In this document: one piece after another, positions 9,212 to 18,017 of the stretch
How positions within the stretch are numbered: position 1 is the stretch's first letter
Layout: each line of letters starts with the position of its first letter
Source of the DNA: a virus
Taxonomy: Duplodnaviria > Heunggongvirae > Uroviricota > Caudoviricetes
Strand: one strand, 5' to 3'
Virus record (IMG/VR): IMGVR_UViG_2548876936_000010
DNA length: 34,655 nt
The notes under the pieces: model-generated
Databases searched by the model: none
Seen by the model: only the letters and a program-made list of their open reading frames with translations
Told to the model about the DNA's origin: nothing
Made by a program: the position numbers and the translations under genes

Positions 9212-9253
9212 TAGCACAGAGCAGACTGTCAGATTAGGCTTTACTCTGTGCTA
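9212..9253. repeat. 10-bp perfect inverted repeat (tagcacagag / ctctgtgcta) enclosing the right 16-bp repeat copy (9220..9235)
   Basis: Arms at 9212..9221 and 9244..9253; 9220..9235 agcagactgtcagatt is the exact reverse complement of 6787..6802. Confidence 0.75.
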
Positions 9254-9287
9254 TAGATACGTTAGCTCACTCCAGAGATCATACAAC

Positions 9288-9815
9288 TTATTGCGGCATT
9301 TCCGGCCATTCAGGATTTGCAGGATCCACACGGCTGACCAGAACACTGTAGCGTTCCCATGCTTCCAGTCGGCTACGCTCCTCATCTGTTGCCATATTCA
9401 GTCTGACAGAGCGTTCCAGTGGCTGAATGATAGTTTCAGCTTCGGAACGCAAAGCTGACTTCTGTAATTCCGCCAGTTGCAGCTGTTCGTCTGCCGTATA
9501 AATCCGCTTAATCACGGCACCATCCTTAAACATCCATTTACCTGAGTCATCAGCACGTCGGTTGGCGGTAATATCAGGAACCTCGACAACGCTAAAACCT
9601 TCAGGGTTGAGCGTTGAAGCATCTCTGGTGATGCCGACAATTATATTATTCTCATCGTAAACAATCTTTATCGTGTCTTCCTGAAAATTACTTACTTCCT
9701 CATACCAGTTTTTTCCCTCTTCGGACCATAACCAGATAACATCAAAATTTTTTGTCAGTTGATATTGGGCAACAGTTTTTGGATTACCCGCAGTAATATT
9801 TTTTAAATGCTGCAT
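9288..9815 (-). CDS. G: Tail fibre assembly protein gpG (175 aa)
   Basis: 175-aa ORF immediately downstream of H; ATG at 9815; length as P2 G. Confidence 0.8.
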   Translation of the reverse strand: MQHLKNITAGNPKTVAQYQLTKNFDVIWLWSEEGKNWYEEVSNFQEDTIKIVYDENNIIVGITRDASTLNPEGFSVVEVPDITANRRADDSGKWMFKDGAVIKRIYTADEQLQLAELQKSALRSEAETIIQPLERSVRLNMATDEERSRLEAWERYSVLVSRVDPANPEWPEMPQ

Positions 9816-9818
9816 AAA

Positions 9819-11792
9819 TTACACCTGTGCGACGTTATACCATGTGCCATTGATGTATTTTTGTATTGGTCTGAATACTGCGGGGTCATCACCATCGACT
9901 TCACCGACAATACCAAGCCCGGTAATTACGTGCCCTGCTTTCTCATACATCACCCCTTTCTGCATGGTCTGGACAACACGTGTGCCAAGTCTGACATCTC
10001 TCACATAGCGGGAATCAAAGTTACCGTAATCCGAGGGATTAACACGCCCCGTAATATTTATGGTTTTATTACTTTGAACGCTTCCGGAGACAAAGCGCAT
10101 AACATGGACGCTATTAGCATAAACATCCAGATTACCATCACCATTTTGTTTAAAGCCCGTGTCATTATCACCCAAAACAATCGAATTACCGCCAAGAGCA
10201 CTGGATGTTCCTATACCCAGAGCACCATTCAATTGACCACCAGATAATGATAACGCCCCAACATCAGCAGCAGTCGGTTTAATGTACGAACTGTAAATTA
10301 CATATACAGTTCCATCTGTCAGGCCTGTTGGTTTATTCGCTGTATAAGTTGGTGATGTATGAATCGTTACGCTGGCGTTACTGGTATAATCCCACTGAAT
10401 ATTAACACCTGTGGCGTAATTACCTATTTCAACATAAACATCATAGGTATCACCGGATGTATTCACCCATGCAAAATTAGTAAATCCAACCGATGTCCGT
10501 CGCCATAACGCACCAGTAAGACCTTTTGGATTTCCATTTCCCGCACGAAGAACAAGTTCAGATATACCAGCCTGCATAGGGGAGTTAACATTATATCCGG
10601 CACCACCAATCAGGCTTATGTAAACCACGGAACTGGCCTGGGGCATGGTTACAGTTGCCAGCCTGAACCATCCTGTACCACCACTAAAAGACATGGTTGT
10701 TGAATTTGTTGCTCCAATATTGCGCAGGAATAATCTTTTATCAGGAATATCCGCACCGTTCTGATCTTTCTGAAGACGTTTTTCAGCATTGTCATAGGCA
10801 GACTTCACCGCTTTTGGTGTTGCGGCCAGTGTTTCAGAATCACTGTTGGTGGCGCTACTGAGCTGAACAAGCCCTTTTCGCGCTGTGGTGGCATCCTGTG
10901 CAGTGTATTTCCCGTTAGCAAGGTCATACGCGACCTTTACCGCCTTTGGCGTTGCGGCCAGCGTTTCAGAATCGCTGTTGGTGGCGCTACTGAGCTGAAC
11001 AAGACCTTTTCGCGCTGTGGTGGCGTCCTGTGCAGTGTATTTCCCGTTAGCAAGGTCATACGCGGCCTTTACCGCTTTTGGTGTTGCGGCGAGCGTTTCA
11101 GACGTGCTGTTGGTGGCACTACTGAGTTGGACAAGACCTTTTCGCGCTGTGGTGGCATCCTGCGCAGTATATTTCCCGTTAGCAAGGTCATACGCGGCCT
11201 TTACCGCTTTCGGCGTTGCAGCCAGTGTTTCAGACGCGCTGTTGGTTGCACTGCTTAACTGAGTAAAACCTTTTGCGGTCAGCGAGGCGTCCGGGTGACG
11301 TCGTGACTGTTCATGCTCTGCAATTTTGTCATCAACGTAATCCTGCGTTGCCATCACCGTTGTGGTGTCAATGGTCAGCTCCACTGAGGCCACACTGCTG
11401 ACGATGATGACCATGCGGCAGGTCTGCGAACGCCCTGAGCCTTCGGCAAGAGCGGGTTTATAACTTTCAGCCATGTTCGCCACGGCAATTAGCGTTCCCG
11501 CATCATCGTACAGGCCAAGCTCACGCATCCAGAAACCGCCCACCTCCGGCGGAATAACCAGCTCTGCGATAATATAATTACTGTTTCGTTTGTCCTGGCT
11601 GATTTTGTTCAGCGCATGTCGCCAGACTTCGCGGATAAGCCCGGTCTGTCCGGCATCCGGGACAGGCAATTTACCACCGCCATCCCCGACGGCCATCGTG
11701 GTAATGTTGACCTTCCGCCCTCCCGGTGCGGTTGCCGCTGCCAGCTTTGCTGCACCGGCAGTGGTGATAACGGTTTTGAATTTTGTGCTCAT
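9819..11792 (-). CDS. H: Tail fibre protein gpH (657 aa) with internal 44-aa tandem repeats
   Basis: 657-aa ORF; N-terminus MSTKFKTVITTAGAAKLAAATAP...; repeat KGLVQLSSATNS.SETLAATPKAVKAAYDLANGKYTAQDATTAR; Gly/Ser/Thr-rich C-terminal half. Confidence 0.9.
   Translation of the reverse strand: MSTKFKTVITTAGAAKLAAATAPGGRKVNITTMAVGDGGGKLPVPDAGQTGLIREVWRHALNKISQDKRNSNYIIAELVIPPEVGGFWMRELGLYDDAGTLIAVANMAESYKPALAEGSGRSQTCRMVIIVSSVASVELTIDTTTVMATQDYVDDKIAEHEQSRRHPDASLTAKGFTQLSSATNSASETLAATPKAVKAAYDLANGKYTAQDATTARKGLVQLSSATNSTSETLAATPKAVKAAYDLANGKYTAQDATTARKGLVQLSSATNSDSETLAATPKAVKVAYDLANGKYTAQDATTARKGLVQLSSATNSDSETLAATPKAVKSAYDNAEKRLQKDQNGADIPDKRLFLRNIGATNSTTMSFSGGTGWFRLATVTMPQASSVVYISLIGGAGYNVNSPMQAGISELVLRAGNGNPKGLTGALWRRTSVGFTNFAWVNTSGDTYDVYVEIGNYATGVNIQWDYTSNASVTIHTSPTYTANKPTGLTDGTVYVIYSSYIKPTAADVGALSLSGGQLNGALGIGTSSALGGNSIVLGDNDTGFKQNGDGNLDVYANSVHVMRFVSGSVQSNKTINITGRVNPSDYGNFDSRYVRDVRLGTRVVQTMQKGVMYEKAGHVITGLGIVGEVDGDDPAVFRPIQKYINGTWYNVAQV
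10791..11276. repeat. About 3.7 in-frame tandem copies of a 132-bp unit inside tail fibre gene H
   Basis: Unit starts ccgc(t/c)tttgg at 10807, 10939, 11071, 11203 (period 132 bp), near-identical copies. Confidence 0.85.
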
Positions 11793-11802
11793 TATTCCTC
11801 AC

Positions 11803-12333
11803 TTATCCGGGGTAAACCGTAATTACATCGCCGTCGTAAGCCATACCACCGGCGAACAGGTAGCCGGGAATGTCCCGGGTAATGTTCAGGCCAATAAGAT
11901 GACGACTTGCAGGTTTGGCATCAGCAATAAGCCGTTCCATTTCCTGATACATTGCCTCTGTGATGCCACTTTCCAGTACACCAATATCAAGCCGGAAGGT
12001 GCCGGGCGGGTCACTGTTTTCCCACCACTCCGTCACGTTGATGAGATAGCCGAGCGGCTCCACCACACGCCGGATTGCACCTATAGTGCCCTTATGACAG
12101 TGGATGAAATAGGCATCGCGGATAACGGTGCGTTTTGTCGCTTCCGGCCACTTTTCATCCCACCTGTCGACCGAAAACGCCCACGCCAGCCACGGCAGCA
12201 GATTTGCCGGACAGGTATCCGGGTTCCACAGTTCACGAATCCTGACCGGCGTTTTTTCAATTTCCGCACAGGCTTTTGCGGCAGCAACTTCAAGCGGTGA
12301 TGAGCCGGTCGGCAGCAGTCGCGAATCACTCAT
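11803..12333 (-). CDS. I: Baseplate assembly protein gpI (176 aa)
   Basis: 176-aa ORF between J and H; ATG at 12333; length as P2 I. Confidence 0.8.
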   Translation of the reverse strand: MSDSRLLPTGSSPLEVAAAKACAEIEKTPVRIRELWNPDTCPANLLPWLAWAFSVDRWDEKWPEATKRTVIRDAYFIHCHKGTIGAIRRVVEPLGYLINVTEWWENSDPPGTFRLDIGVLESGITEAMYQEMERLIADAKPASRHLIGLNITRDIPGYLFAGGMAYDGDVITVYPG

Positions 12334-13234
12334 CCGAGCCTCCGGTCACGACGCGATATTCGGTACAGAAAGACGCCTGCGTACTGTTGAGCACAATGTC
12401 GGCCAGCGGTGCAGTCAGTTCGACACGCTGCACGCCTTCCACATGCAAAGCGGCATAAATGGCAGACAGACGGATGTCACGCCCCAGCCGGTGCTGTGCC
12501 GTGATATACGCTTCCAGTTTTTTCACGGCGGCAGCGCGGATGGGTTCGCTTTCGGGACCAGGGTAAAGGTAAAGCGTGGCGTTTATCTGGTATTCAACAA
12601 TGGCGGCAGACTGCACGGTCACGCGGTCGGCCACCGGCCTGACGTCCTCGCCATTAAGGGCGTTACGCACCACGGCCAGCAGGTCTTCGGATGCGACACC
12701 GTTATTTTCACGTGACAGCACAGAGATGGTGACGCAGGCCGGAGACGGACTGGTGACAGAGATATCCGCGACACGCCCGTCGGCACTGCGACCATGATAC
12801 TGATAGGCACCCACCGACCCGGCGACGCTTAAGCCCTCAAACGCCTGCTGAATACGCAGACGATAATCGGTGTCAGACTCCATCACTGCCGGTGTCGGCG
12901 GAATGGTCGAATCATCTGCCGGGGTGATAGTCAGGCGCGTGGTGTTGTAATTGGCACCAATCACATCAAGGTCATTACCGGCGGCACAGGCCAGCATCAC
13001 CGCCCGTGCGGCCTCATTCACACGCTGACGCCAGATAAGCTCACGATAAGCATTTTCCTCCAGCAGTTTGACGAGAGGCTCGGATTCCAGTGTCAGGGTA
13101 CCGGCGACCGCCTCCTGCTGATCTTCCGGGTAAAGGGAAATCAGTGTCGCCTTGCGTTCAGCGAGAATGCTTTCAAAATCCAGCTCCTCGACCACATCCG
13201 GTGCGGGTAGCTGGTTCAGGTCGATAATCGGCAT
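12326..13234 (-). CDS. J: Baseplate protein gpJ (302 aa)
   Basis: 302-aa ORF; ATG at 13234; overlaps I start by 8 nt; length as P2 J. Confidence 0.85.
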   Translation of the reverse strand: MPIIDLNQLPAPDVVEELDFESILAERKATLISLYPEDQQEAVAGTLTLESEPLVKLLEENAYRELIWRQRVNEAARAVMLACAAGNDLDVIGANYNTTRLTITPADDSTIPPTPAVMESDTDYRLRIQQAFEGLSVAGSVGAYQYHGRSADGRVADISVTSPSPACVTISVLSRENNGVASEDLLAVVRNALNGEDVRPVADRVTVQSAAIVEYQINATLYLYPGPESEPIRAAAVKKLEAYITAQHRLGRDIRLSAIYAALHVEGVQRVELTAPLADIVLNSTQASFCTEYRVVTGGSDE

Positions 13235-13238
13235 GGTT

Positions 13239-13586
13239 TCAACTCACAGGGATGGTTAACGAAAGTGGCTGGCCGGTGTCGTTGTGCTGGCCGGTTAACG
13301 TGACCGTCATTCGCCCGTCAAAACTGCGCTCAGTGGTGACGGATGACAGGGTGACGCGGGGTTCCCATTTCAGCACCGCCATGTAACAGGCGACCTTAAT
13401 CTGCAACTCAAGCGCCGGGGTCTGCGGCTGGTCAATCATTGATGCCAGCAACGAGCCGTAATCACGACGCATCACCCGTGAGCCGACCGGTGTGCGCAGG
13501 ATATCGCCGATACTCTGGCTGATATGCTCAAGGTCAGTGACAGTCAGGCCATCACTGCGATTCATTCCGAGATAACGCGCTGTCAT
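13239..13586 (-). CDS. W: Baseplate wedge protein gpW (115 aa)
   Basis: 115-aa ORF; ATGA overlap with V stop; length as P2 W. Confidence 0.8.
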   Translation of the reverse strand: MTARYLGMNRSDGLTVTDLEHISQSIGDILRTPVGSRVMRRDYGSLLASMIDQPQTPALELQIKVACYMAVLKWEPRVTLSSVTTERSFDGRMTVTLTGQHNDTGQPLSLTIPVS

Positions 13587-14218
13587 AAAGGACTCCCGGT
13601 TGTGCCGCCGCTGTCGCCGGGGTGTTTATGGGTATGCAGTACCTTACCGTTTGATGAGAGTTCACCGCCGGTGTGTTCAATGTTGCCGCGCATCGTCCCG
13701 CCCTTCTGCACTTCCAGCGTGCCGGTAGTCAGTTTGTTAGTGCAGACCACTTCTGGTGTGTCCAGGGTTACACGGGTTGACGCTTTCACCGTGACCACCG
13801 GTACCGTGGCAGTAACAGAATCAGAAGCCGTCACGCTGGCCGTTTTAATTCCGCTTACCGTGAGTGCACTGGTTTCGGGTTCATACTCAATCACCGCCCC
13901 GTCAGGGAAACGGATATGCCGGGCATCAGCCGACGCAGACGGCGCAGGGTTATCGCCGGAATAAATCCCCGGCAGAACGAACGCCGTGTCGAGTTCACCG
14001 CCCACGGCCAGAATCAGCACCTGTTCCCCCACGGAAGGTGCCCACCATGTGCGCGAACGTCCTGCGCGATGGGTCAGCCACTGAAGCCAGTCGGTGCACA
14101 TGCCGCCGGTCTGCACGCGGCAGCGACCGGCGTTAAGGTCGGTTTCGACGATAATGCCGGTGCGAATCATGTTGCGCAGTGCGCGCGCGAGTTCCTGAAT
14201 ATTTGCGAGAGTGTTCAT
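13583..14218 (-). CDS. V: Baseplate spike protein gpV (211 aa from ATG at 14218)
   Basis: ORF 13583..14236; internal ATG gives MNTLANIQELARALRNMIRTG...; Gly-rich C-terminus. Confidence 0.8.
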   Translation of the reverse strand: MNTLANIQELARALRNMIRTGIIVETDLNAGRCRVQTGGMCTDWLQWLTHRAGRSRTWWAPSVGEQVLILAVGGELDTAFVLPGIYSGDNPAPSASADARHIRFPDGAVIEYEPETSALTVSGIKTASVTASDSVTATVPVVTVKASTRVTLDTPEVVCTNKLTTGTLEVQKGGTMRGNIEHTGGELSSNGKVLHTHKHPGDSGGTTGSPL

Positions 14219-14301
14219 GCATGTGAGATTGCACAATATATAAAAGTTATGCTATCTGGATTCATTTGTAGAACTACCAGACAACATTCAAGGAGAGCGT
14301 A

Positions 14302-15087
14302 ATGGTCAGCTATAATGTGACTAATGTGTGGGGGCTAATCGTTTTTTTCCTTTGTAGCTTTGCAGTATTAGCATTTTTTAGCTTTGGTAAAAGTAACCTT
14401 ATGAGGCTTATTGCACATTATTTCAATTTTGGATATTCAGACAAAAAATTAAAAAGACTTGACCGCGAGTGGCGCGACATTCAACTATTTAAAATAATTA
14501 ACGGAATCAATGTATCAGGCATTGAAAATGTGAGAATGATACAGCAGGGACTGATTGATGGAAAACTAAAAACATCGTATTTTTTCCTTACTCGCATCTG
14601 GGGTGACATAACAAAACCACCACACATAATTAAAACAATAATTGTAATTCTGGCTAGTATTTTTTACATTCTTCTCGCATGTTACATACACAACGAACAA
14701 TCCGTTATAGTAAGGGATGCCATAGGCATACCATATAAAAACATGATGTACTATGTTTATAGTGACAAAGTTCTTTTATCCTTCAAAAATAAAGCAGTTG
14801 AATTTAATAAAACTTATAGCCTTGCCGATTGCAAGAGACTGCAAAACGTATTTATAAAAGACACACTTCCTGAGATCGCCTGCAATAAGCTCTTACAGCT
14901 AAACGAGGAGGACTCCGAATGGTTAAGTCAGGAGATTAAAGATAATAACAGTCACAAAAAAGCATTATTAATACTATCCCTCGTCTATTTCACTTCAGGT
15001 CTGGTTATATTCCTGTCATATACAAAATTCTTTTACGCCAATAAGAAGGTTTTAGAATACAAAGCATCAAATAAAAATCACTCATAA
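14302..15087 (+). CDS. AT-rich membrane protein (261 aa, three predicted TM helices), opposite strand to flanking late genes; moron
   Basis: ATG at 14302 with AGGAGA 5 nt upstream; TM segments VWGLIVFFLCSFAVLAFFSF, IIKTIIVILASIFYILLACYI, ALLILSLVYFTSGLVIFLSYT; marked AT-richness. Confidence 0.65.
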   Translation: MVSYNVTNVWGLIVFFLCSFAVLAFFSFGKSNLMRLIAHYFNFGYSDKKLKRLDREWRDIQLFKIINGINVSGIENVRMIQQGLIDGKLKTSYFFLTRIWGDITKPPHIIKTIIVILASIFYILLACYIHNEQSVIVRDAIGIPYKNMMYYVYSDKVLLSFKNKAVEFNKTYSLADCKRLQNVFIKDTLPEIACNKLLQLNEEDSEWLSQEIKDNNSHKKALLILSLVYFTSGLVIFLSYTKFFYANKKVLEYKASNKNHS

Positions 15088-15093
15088 ACCTCT

Positions 15094-15128
15094 AAACATT
15101 GAGCGCCCAGCATGGCCGCTCAATGTTT
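15094..15128. terminator. 12-bp perfect hairpin (aaacattgagcg / cgctcaatgttt, 11-nt loop) between the convergent moron and gene S; candidate bidirectional terminator
   Basis: Arms 15094..15105 and 15117..15128, directly after the moron stop (15085..15087) and after the S stop on the other strand. Confidence 0.45.
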
Positions 15129-15158
15129 AATTGCGCATCAGCCTCTGCCTGGATAAAA

Positions 15159-15611
15159 CTAACGCTCAAGGTGAGCCAGGATAATCTCTTCAATCATCTG
15201 CACATCCTCACAGGTAAAGCCGAGCAGAGGACGCGCCGGATAATCAATTTTCTTACCGTCTTTCCGGGTTTCTTCCGACAGACCGAACTGATGCACACTG
15301 GCGATTTTCGGCGACTTCCCGCCGTAAAATTCCATTGATGCCTGTTCCGGGCTGGCGCGGATATGCAAAAAACGACTGGTGATAAGTTTCGCAAACATTT
15401 TTCGCTTAACACGACCGGTCTTTTTTCTGGCGCGCTGCTGCTGGCGTGGCGCGTAGGGTGTACCGTCCAGGGCTTTCTGTGCCATCACCCGGCGCTGCTG
15501 ACTCTGCCGCAGACGTTTCGCCAGTTCGGTGCTCAGTCGCCGACGCCCTGACGGTGACAGTGATTCAATCAGTCCGGTCAGACGGTCTTCAAAACGCTTA
15601 AACTCATTCAT
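15159..15611 (-). CDS. S: Tail completion protein gpS (150 aa)
   Basis: 150-aa ORF; overlaps R; length as P2 S. Confidence 0.8.
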   Translation of the reverse strand: MNEFKRFEDRLTGLIESLSPSGRRRLSTELAKRLRQSQQRRVMAQKALDGTPYAPRQQQRARKKTGRVKRKMFAKLITSRFLHIRASPEQASMEFYGGKSPKIASVHQFGLSEETRKDGKKIDYPARPLLGFTCEDVQMIEEIILAHLER

Positions 15612-16071
15612 CCCACTTGCTCACCAGTTCACCATTGATATAAAGCTCCATCGGGCGGGTGACCGGCTCCGGCGGCGGAGGTTCCGGGATATTTTTCACA
15701 TGCAGTGCGCCGCCAACCTCACTGACCAGCGTGCGCTCGGTCAGCATCAGGCTGATGCTGATATCAAAGCTGCTGTCATTGTTGATGTCCGCATAAAACG
15801 TGAAGCCCTTTTTCTGGCCTTCGTCGGTGGTCATGATGTCGGGCTGATTTTCCCGCAGCCACGCCAGCACCGGCACGATGAGCAGGTCAAAATCACCGGT
15901 AAAGTCGGTCACAATCACATTGAGCGTGTAACGCTTTTCGAACGACAGCGACGCCGCCAGCGTGGAGGCAATACTCCCGTCATCCACGAATATCCGCAGC
16001 ATATCGGGGTTAGTTTTCAGCACCGTGACGGCATCAGTCAGCGCCCTGCGCAGGCTGTCGGGTTTGAGCAT
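15604..16071 (-). CDS. R: Tail completion protein gpR (155 aa)
   Basis: 155-aa ORF downstream of the lysis cassette; length as P2 R. Confidence 0.8.
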   Translation of the reverse strand: MLKPDSLRRALTDAVTVLKTNPDMLRIFVDDGSIASTLAASLSFEKRYTLNVIVTDFTGDFDLLIVPVLAWLRENQPDIMTTDEGQKKGFTFYADINNDSSFDISISLMLTERTLVSEVGGALHVKNIPEPPPPEPVTRPMELYINGELVSKWDE

Positions 16072-16324
16072 CGTTTTCGTCCTGACAGTGTTTAACCATT
16101 TTTACCTGGCTGGCACAGCGTGCCAGCGCGTTCTCAAGCTGCCGGATATCGGCACTTAAATCGCCGTTCGTCTCCGGGTCACTGCCCGGCATCGGGCAAA
16201 GGCTCACTTTCGGGCAGGCGTTGTGGACAATCACTGGCGTCGGTGCAGGCGGGGCGCTGGTGCAACCGGCGCACAGCATCAGGCAGGTCAGCGCCGTACC
16301 AGCGGCGAAAATCTTCGTTTTCAT
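16034..16324 (-). CDS. lysC: Rz1-like outer-membrane lipoprotein spanin LysC (96 aa), in a different frame overlapping the lysB 3' end and R start
   Basis: ATG at 16324; signal peptide with lipobox MKTKIFAAGTALTCLMLCAGC; Pro-rich mature part. Confidence 0.6.
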   Translation of the reverse strand: MKTKIFAAGTALTCLMLCAGCTSAPPAPTPVIVHNACPKVSLCPMPGSDPETNGDLSADIRQLENALARCASQVKMVKHCQDENDAQTRQPAQGAD

Positions 16325-16604
16325 TGAGTAACCTCGTGATGGTTTTCTCGCGCTGTGCTTCACGCTTCGCGGCGTTTTCCAGTTCCTGACGCAGTGCAAC
16401 CTGCGCCAGCTCGTTTTTGTCTGCCCTGGTGATGGCAACATGAAGCTGATTTTTCAGCATGGTGATGGTCGCCTGCTGCCCGCTGGCGACGTTGTTCGCC
16501 CTGTCCAGCGAGGCGCGCAGGCTGGCATTTTTATGTTTCACCAGAAACAGCCCCGCCACCGCCAGCGATAACAACACGACCAGCACAATCATCAGCCTTG
16601 ACAT
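16179..16604 (-). CDS. lysB: Rz-like inner-membrane spanin LysB (141 aa)
   Basis: N-terminal TM segment MSRLMIVLVVLLSLAVAGLFL followed by a helical charged domain; position after lysA. Confidence 0.75.
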   Translation of the reverse strand: MSRLMIVLVVLLSLAVAGLFLVKHKNASLRASLDRANNVASGQQATITMLKNQLHVAITRADKNELAQVALRQELENAAKREAQREKTITRLLNENEDFRRWYGADLPDAVRRLHQRPACTDASDCPQRLPESEPLPDAGQ

Positions 16605-17017
16605 GGTTCCCGCCCCTCAAAACGCTGACGGCAGGCCGTACGTATCAGCCGGAAGAACACCGATGCCACGAGATAAATCAGCGCGGTAAAAATCCACCCG
16701 GCAGCGACCAGCGAGATAAACGTCGCCACCATCACTACCAGAGCCGCCGCCCGTCTGCACCACGGCACCGGCTGCAAAAACAGCGACGTGACAATCTTCA
16801 CGGCCATCGATTCCGGCGGCAGCTCCCGCCCGTAGCGTTCCAGTACATACTCAGTGGCATACACGCCGACACCACCGGCAACCACACAGATAACCGTCGC
16901 CAGAATCGCCCAGGCAGCGACAAAATTGACGGCCACGCTCTGCGGGTAAATCAGGGACAGTGCCAACATCAGCGCCAGCGACACGTTCAGCATCAGTGAA
17001 AGGGATAATTTCTTCAT
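16592..17017 (-). CDS. lysA: Lysis timing membrane protein LysA (141 aa)
   Basis: Multi-TM hydrophobic 141-aa ORF between K and lysB. Confidence 0.75.
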   Translation of the reverse strand: MKKLSLSLMLNVSLALMLALSLIYPQSVAVNFVAAWAILATVICVVAGGVGVYATEYVLERYGRELPPESMAVKIVTSLFLQPVPWCRRAAALVVMVATFISLVAAGWIFTALIYLVASVFFRLIRTACRQRFEGREPCQG

Positions 17018-17031
17018 GGTGTTTACTCCGT

Positions 17032-17529
17032 TTAAGCCGGTACGCCGCCAGCGGTACGCCAGACGGTGACCAGTTTTTCCAGTGAATGCTCACGCTGACC
17101 GTAACCGGCACCCGGCAGGGACGCCCAGATATTGCGACAGCGTGAAATGGCGCGCTCAATGCGTCCCGCCCGGATGTCATCCAGTGCACCGCGTTCGCGG
17201 ATCAACTGAATGGCAAGTCTGTCCTGTGACAACGGACTGAAATCCGGCAGGGCAAGCTGTTTGCGGTAATGCGGCCAGAACAGGTAAAGCTGCTGATAGC
17301 GACCGGAGGCCGTGGATTTTTCACCGCGACGGTTAAACACCTTCGCCGGTCGGCCATGTGCGAACGGGTGGTCACTGTAGTCGGTGAAGATTTCCGGCTT
17401 CCCGTCCAGTCCGGTGACTATCACGTCATAGCCACGGTTTTTCGTCAGCGGATGATTCGCCGTCCCTTCGGACACGGCCAGCATGTCGAGAAAGGCAGCG
17501 ATATTCTGATGCGTGTTAATTACCGGCAT
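17032..17529 (-). CDS. K: Endolysin gpK (165 aa)
   Basis: 165-aa soluble ORF immediately after holin Y with ATGA-type overlap; length as P2 K. Confidence 0.8.
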   Translation of the reverse strand: MPVINTHQNIAAFLDMLAVSEGTANHPLTKNRGYDVIVTGLDGKPEIFTDYSDHPFAHGRPAKVFNRRGEKSTASGRYQQLYLFWPHYRKQLALPDFSPLSQDRLAIQLIRERGALDDIRAGRIERAISRCRNIWASLPGAGYGQREHSLEKLVTVWRTAGGVPA

Positions 17530-17810
17530 TACGGTTTCCCCCTGCCCTTAAAGCGGCGCTGAATGGCAATCTCAATCACCTGATAACCGGCGATACCCAG
17601 CATGGAGCCGATGCCGCACACCGCAGGCAGTGACAGGTCAGGAAACTGCACCAGAACAACACCGGCAACCATCGAGACAAAACCACCGAGCAACATGCGC
17701 CCGATAAACAGACGCGGGGTGATGGGTTCACCACCGGCAAGCACCTTGCCGACAACAATCAGCACCCCAATCATGAAAAGCGACAGGACGCTTTTTTCTT
17801 CTGCTGTCAT
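17529..17810 (-). CDS. Y: Holin gpY (93 aa)
   Basis: 93-aa protein with hydrophobic helices and charged C-terminus; first gene of the lysis cassette. Confidence 0.8.
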   Translation of the reverse strand: MTAEEKSVLSLFMIGVLIVVGKVLAGGEPITPRLFIGRMLLGGFVSMVAGVVLVQFPDLSLPAVCGIGSMLGIAGYQVIEIAIQRRFKGRGKP

Positions 17811-17813
17811 GCG

Positions 17814-18017
17814 TTACTCCCACAGATTGACAGTTTCAGCCACGGGCGCGGTCTGAACGTCGGGCAGTTCGACGGCGGTGCCGTGCGGCAGCACCGCGCC
17901 CAGTTCAGCCAGTCCCGGATTTGCGGCGAGCACGGCTTCGACCACGCCCTCAGTGCGCCCGTAATACCGGACACAAATGGCGTCGAGCGTGTCGCCCTGT
18001 AGCGCAAAGGTCTTCAT
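17814..18017 (-). CDS. X: Tail protein gpX (67 aa from ATG at 18017)
   Basis: Internal ATG overlapping L stop (ATGA); MKTFALQGDTLDAICVRYYG...; length as P2 X. Confidence 0.7.
   Translation of the reverse strand: MKTFALQGDTLDAICVRYYGRTEGVVEAVLAANPGLAELGAVLPHGTAVELPDVQTAPVAETVNLWE

Noticed and set aside
10791-11276. Regular 132-bp repeats as a possible CRISPR array
   Set aside because: The repeats are contiguous with no spacers, lie inside an intact reading frame and encode a protein repeat; no cas genes are present.
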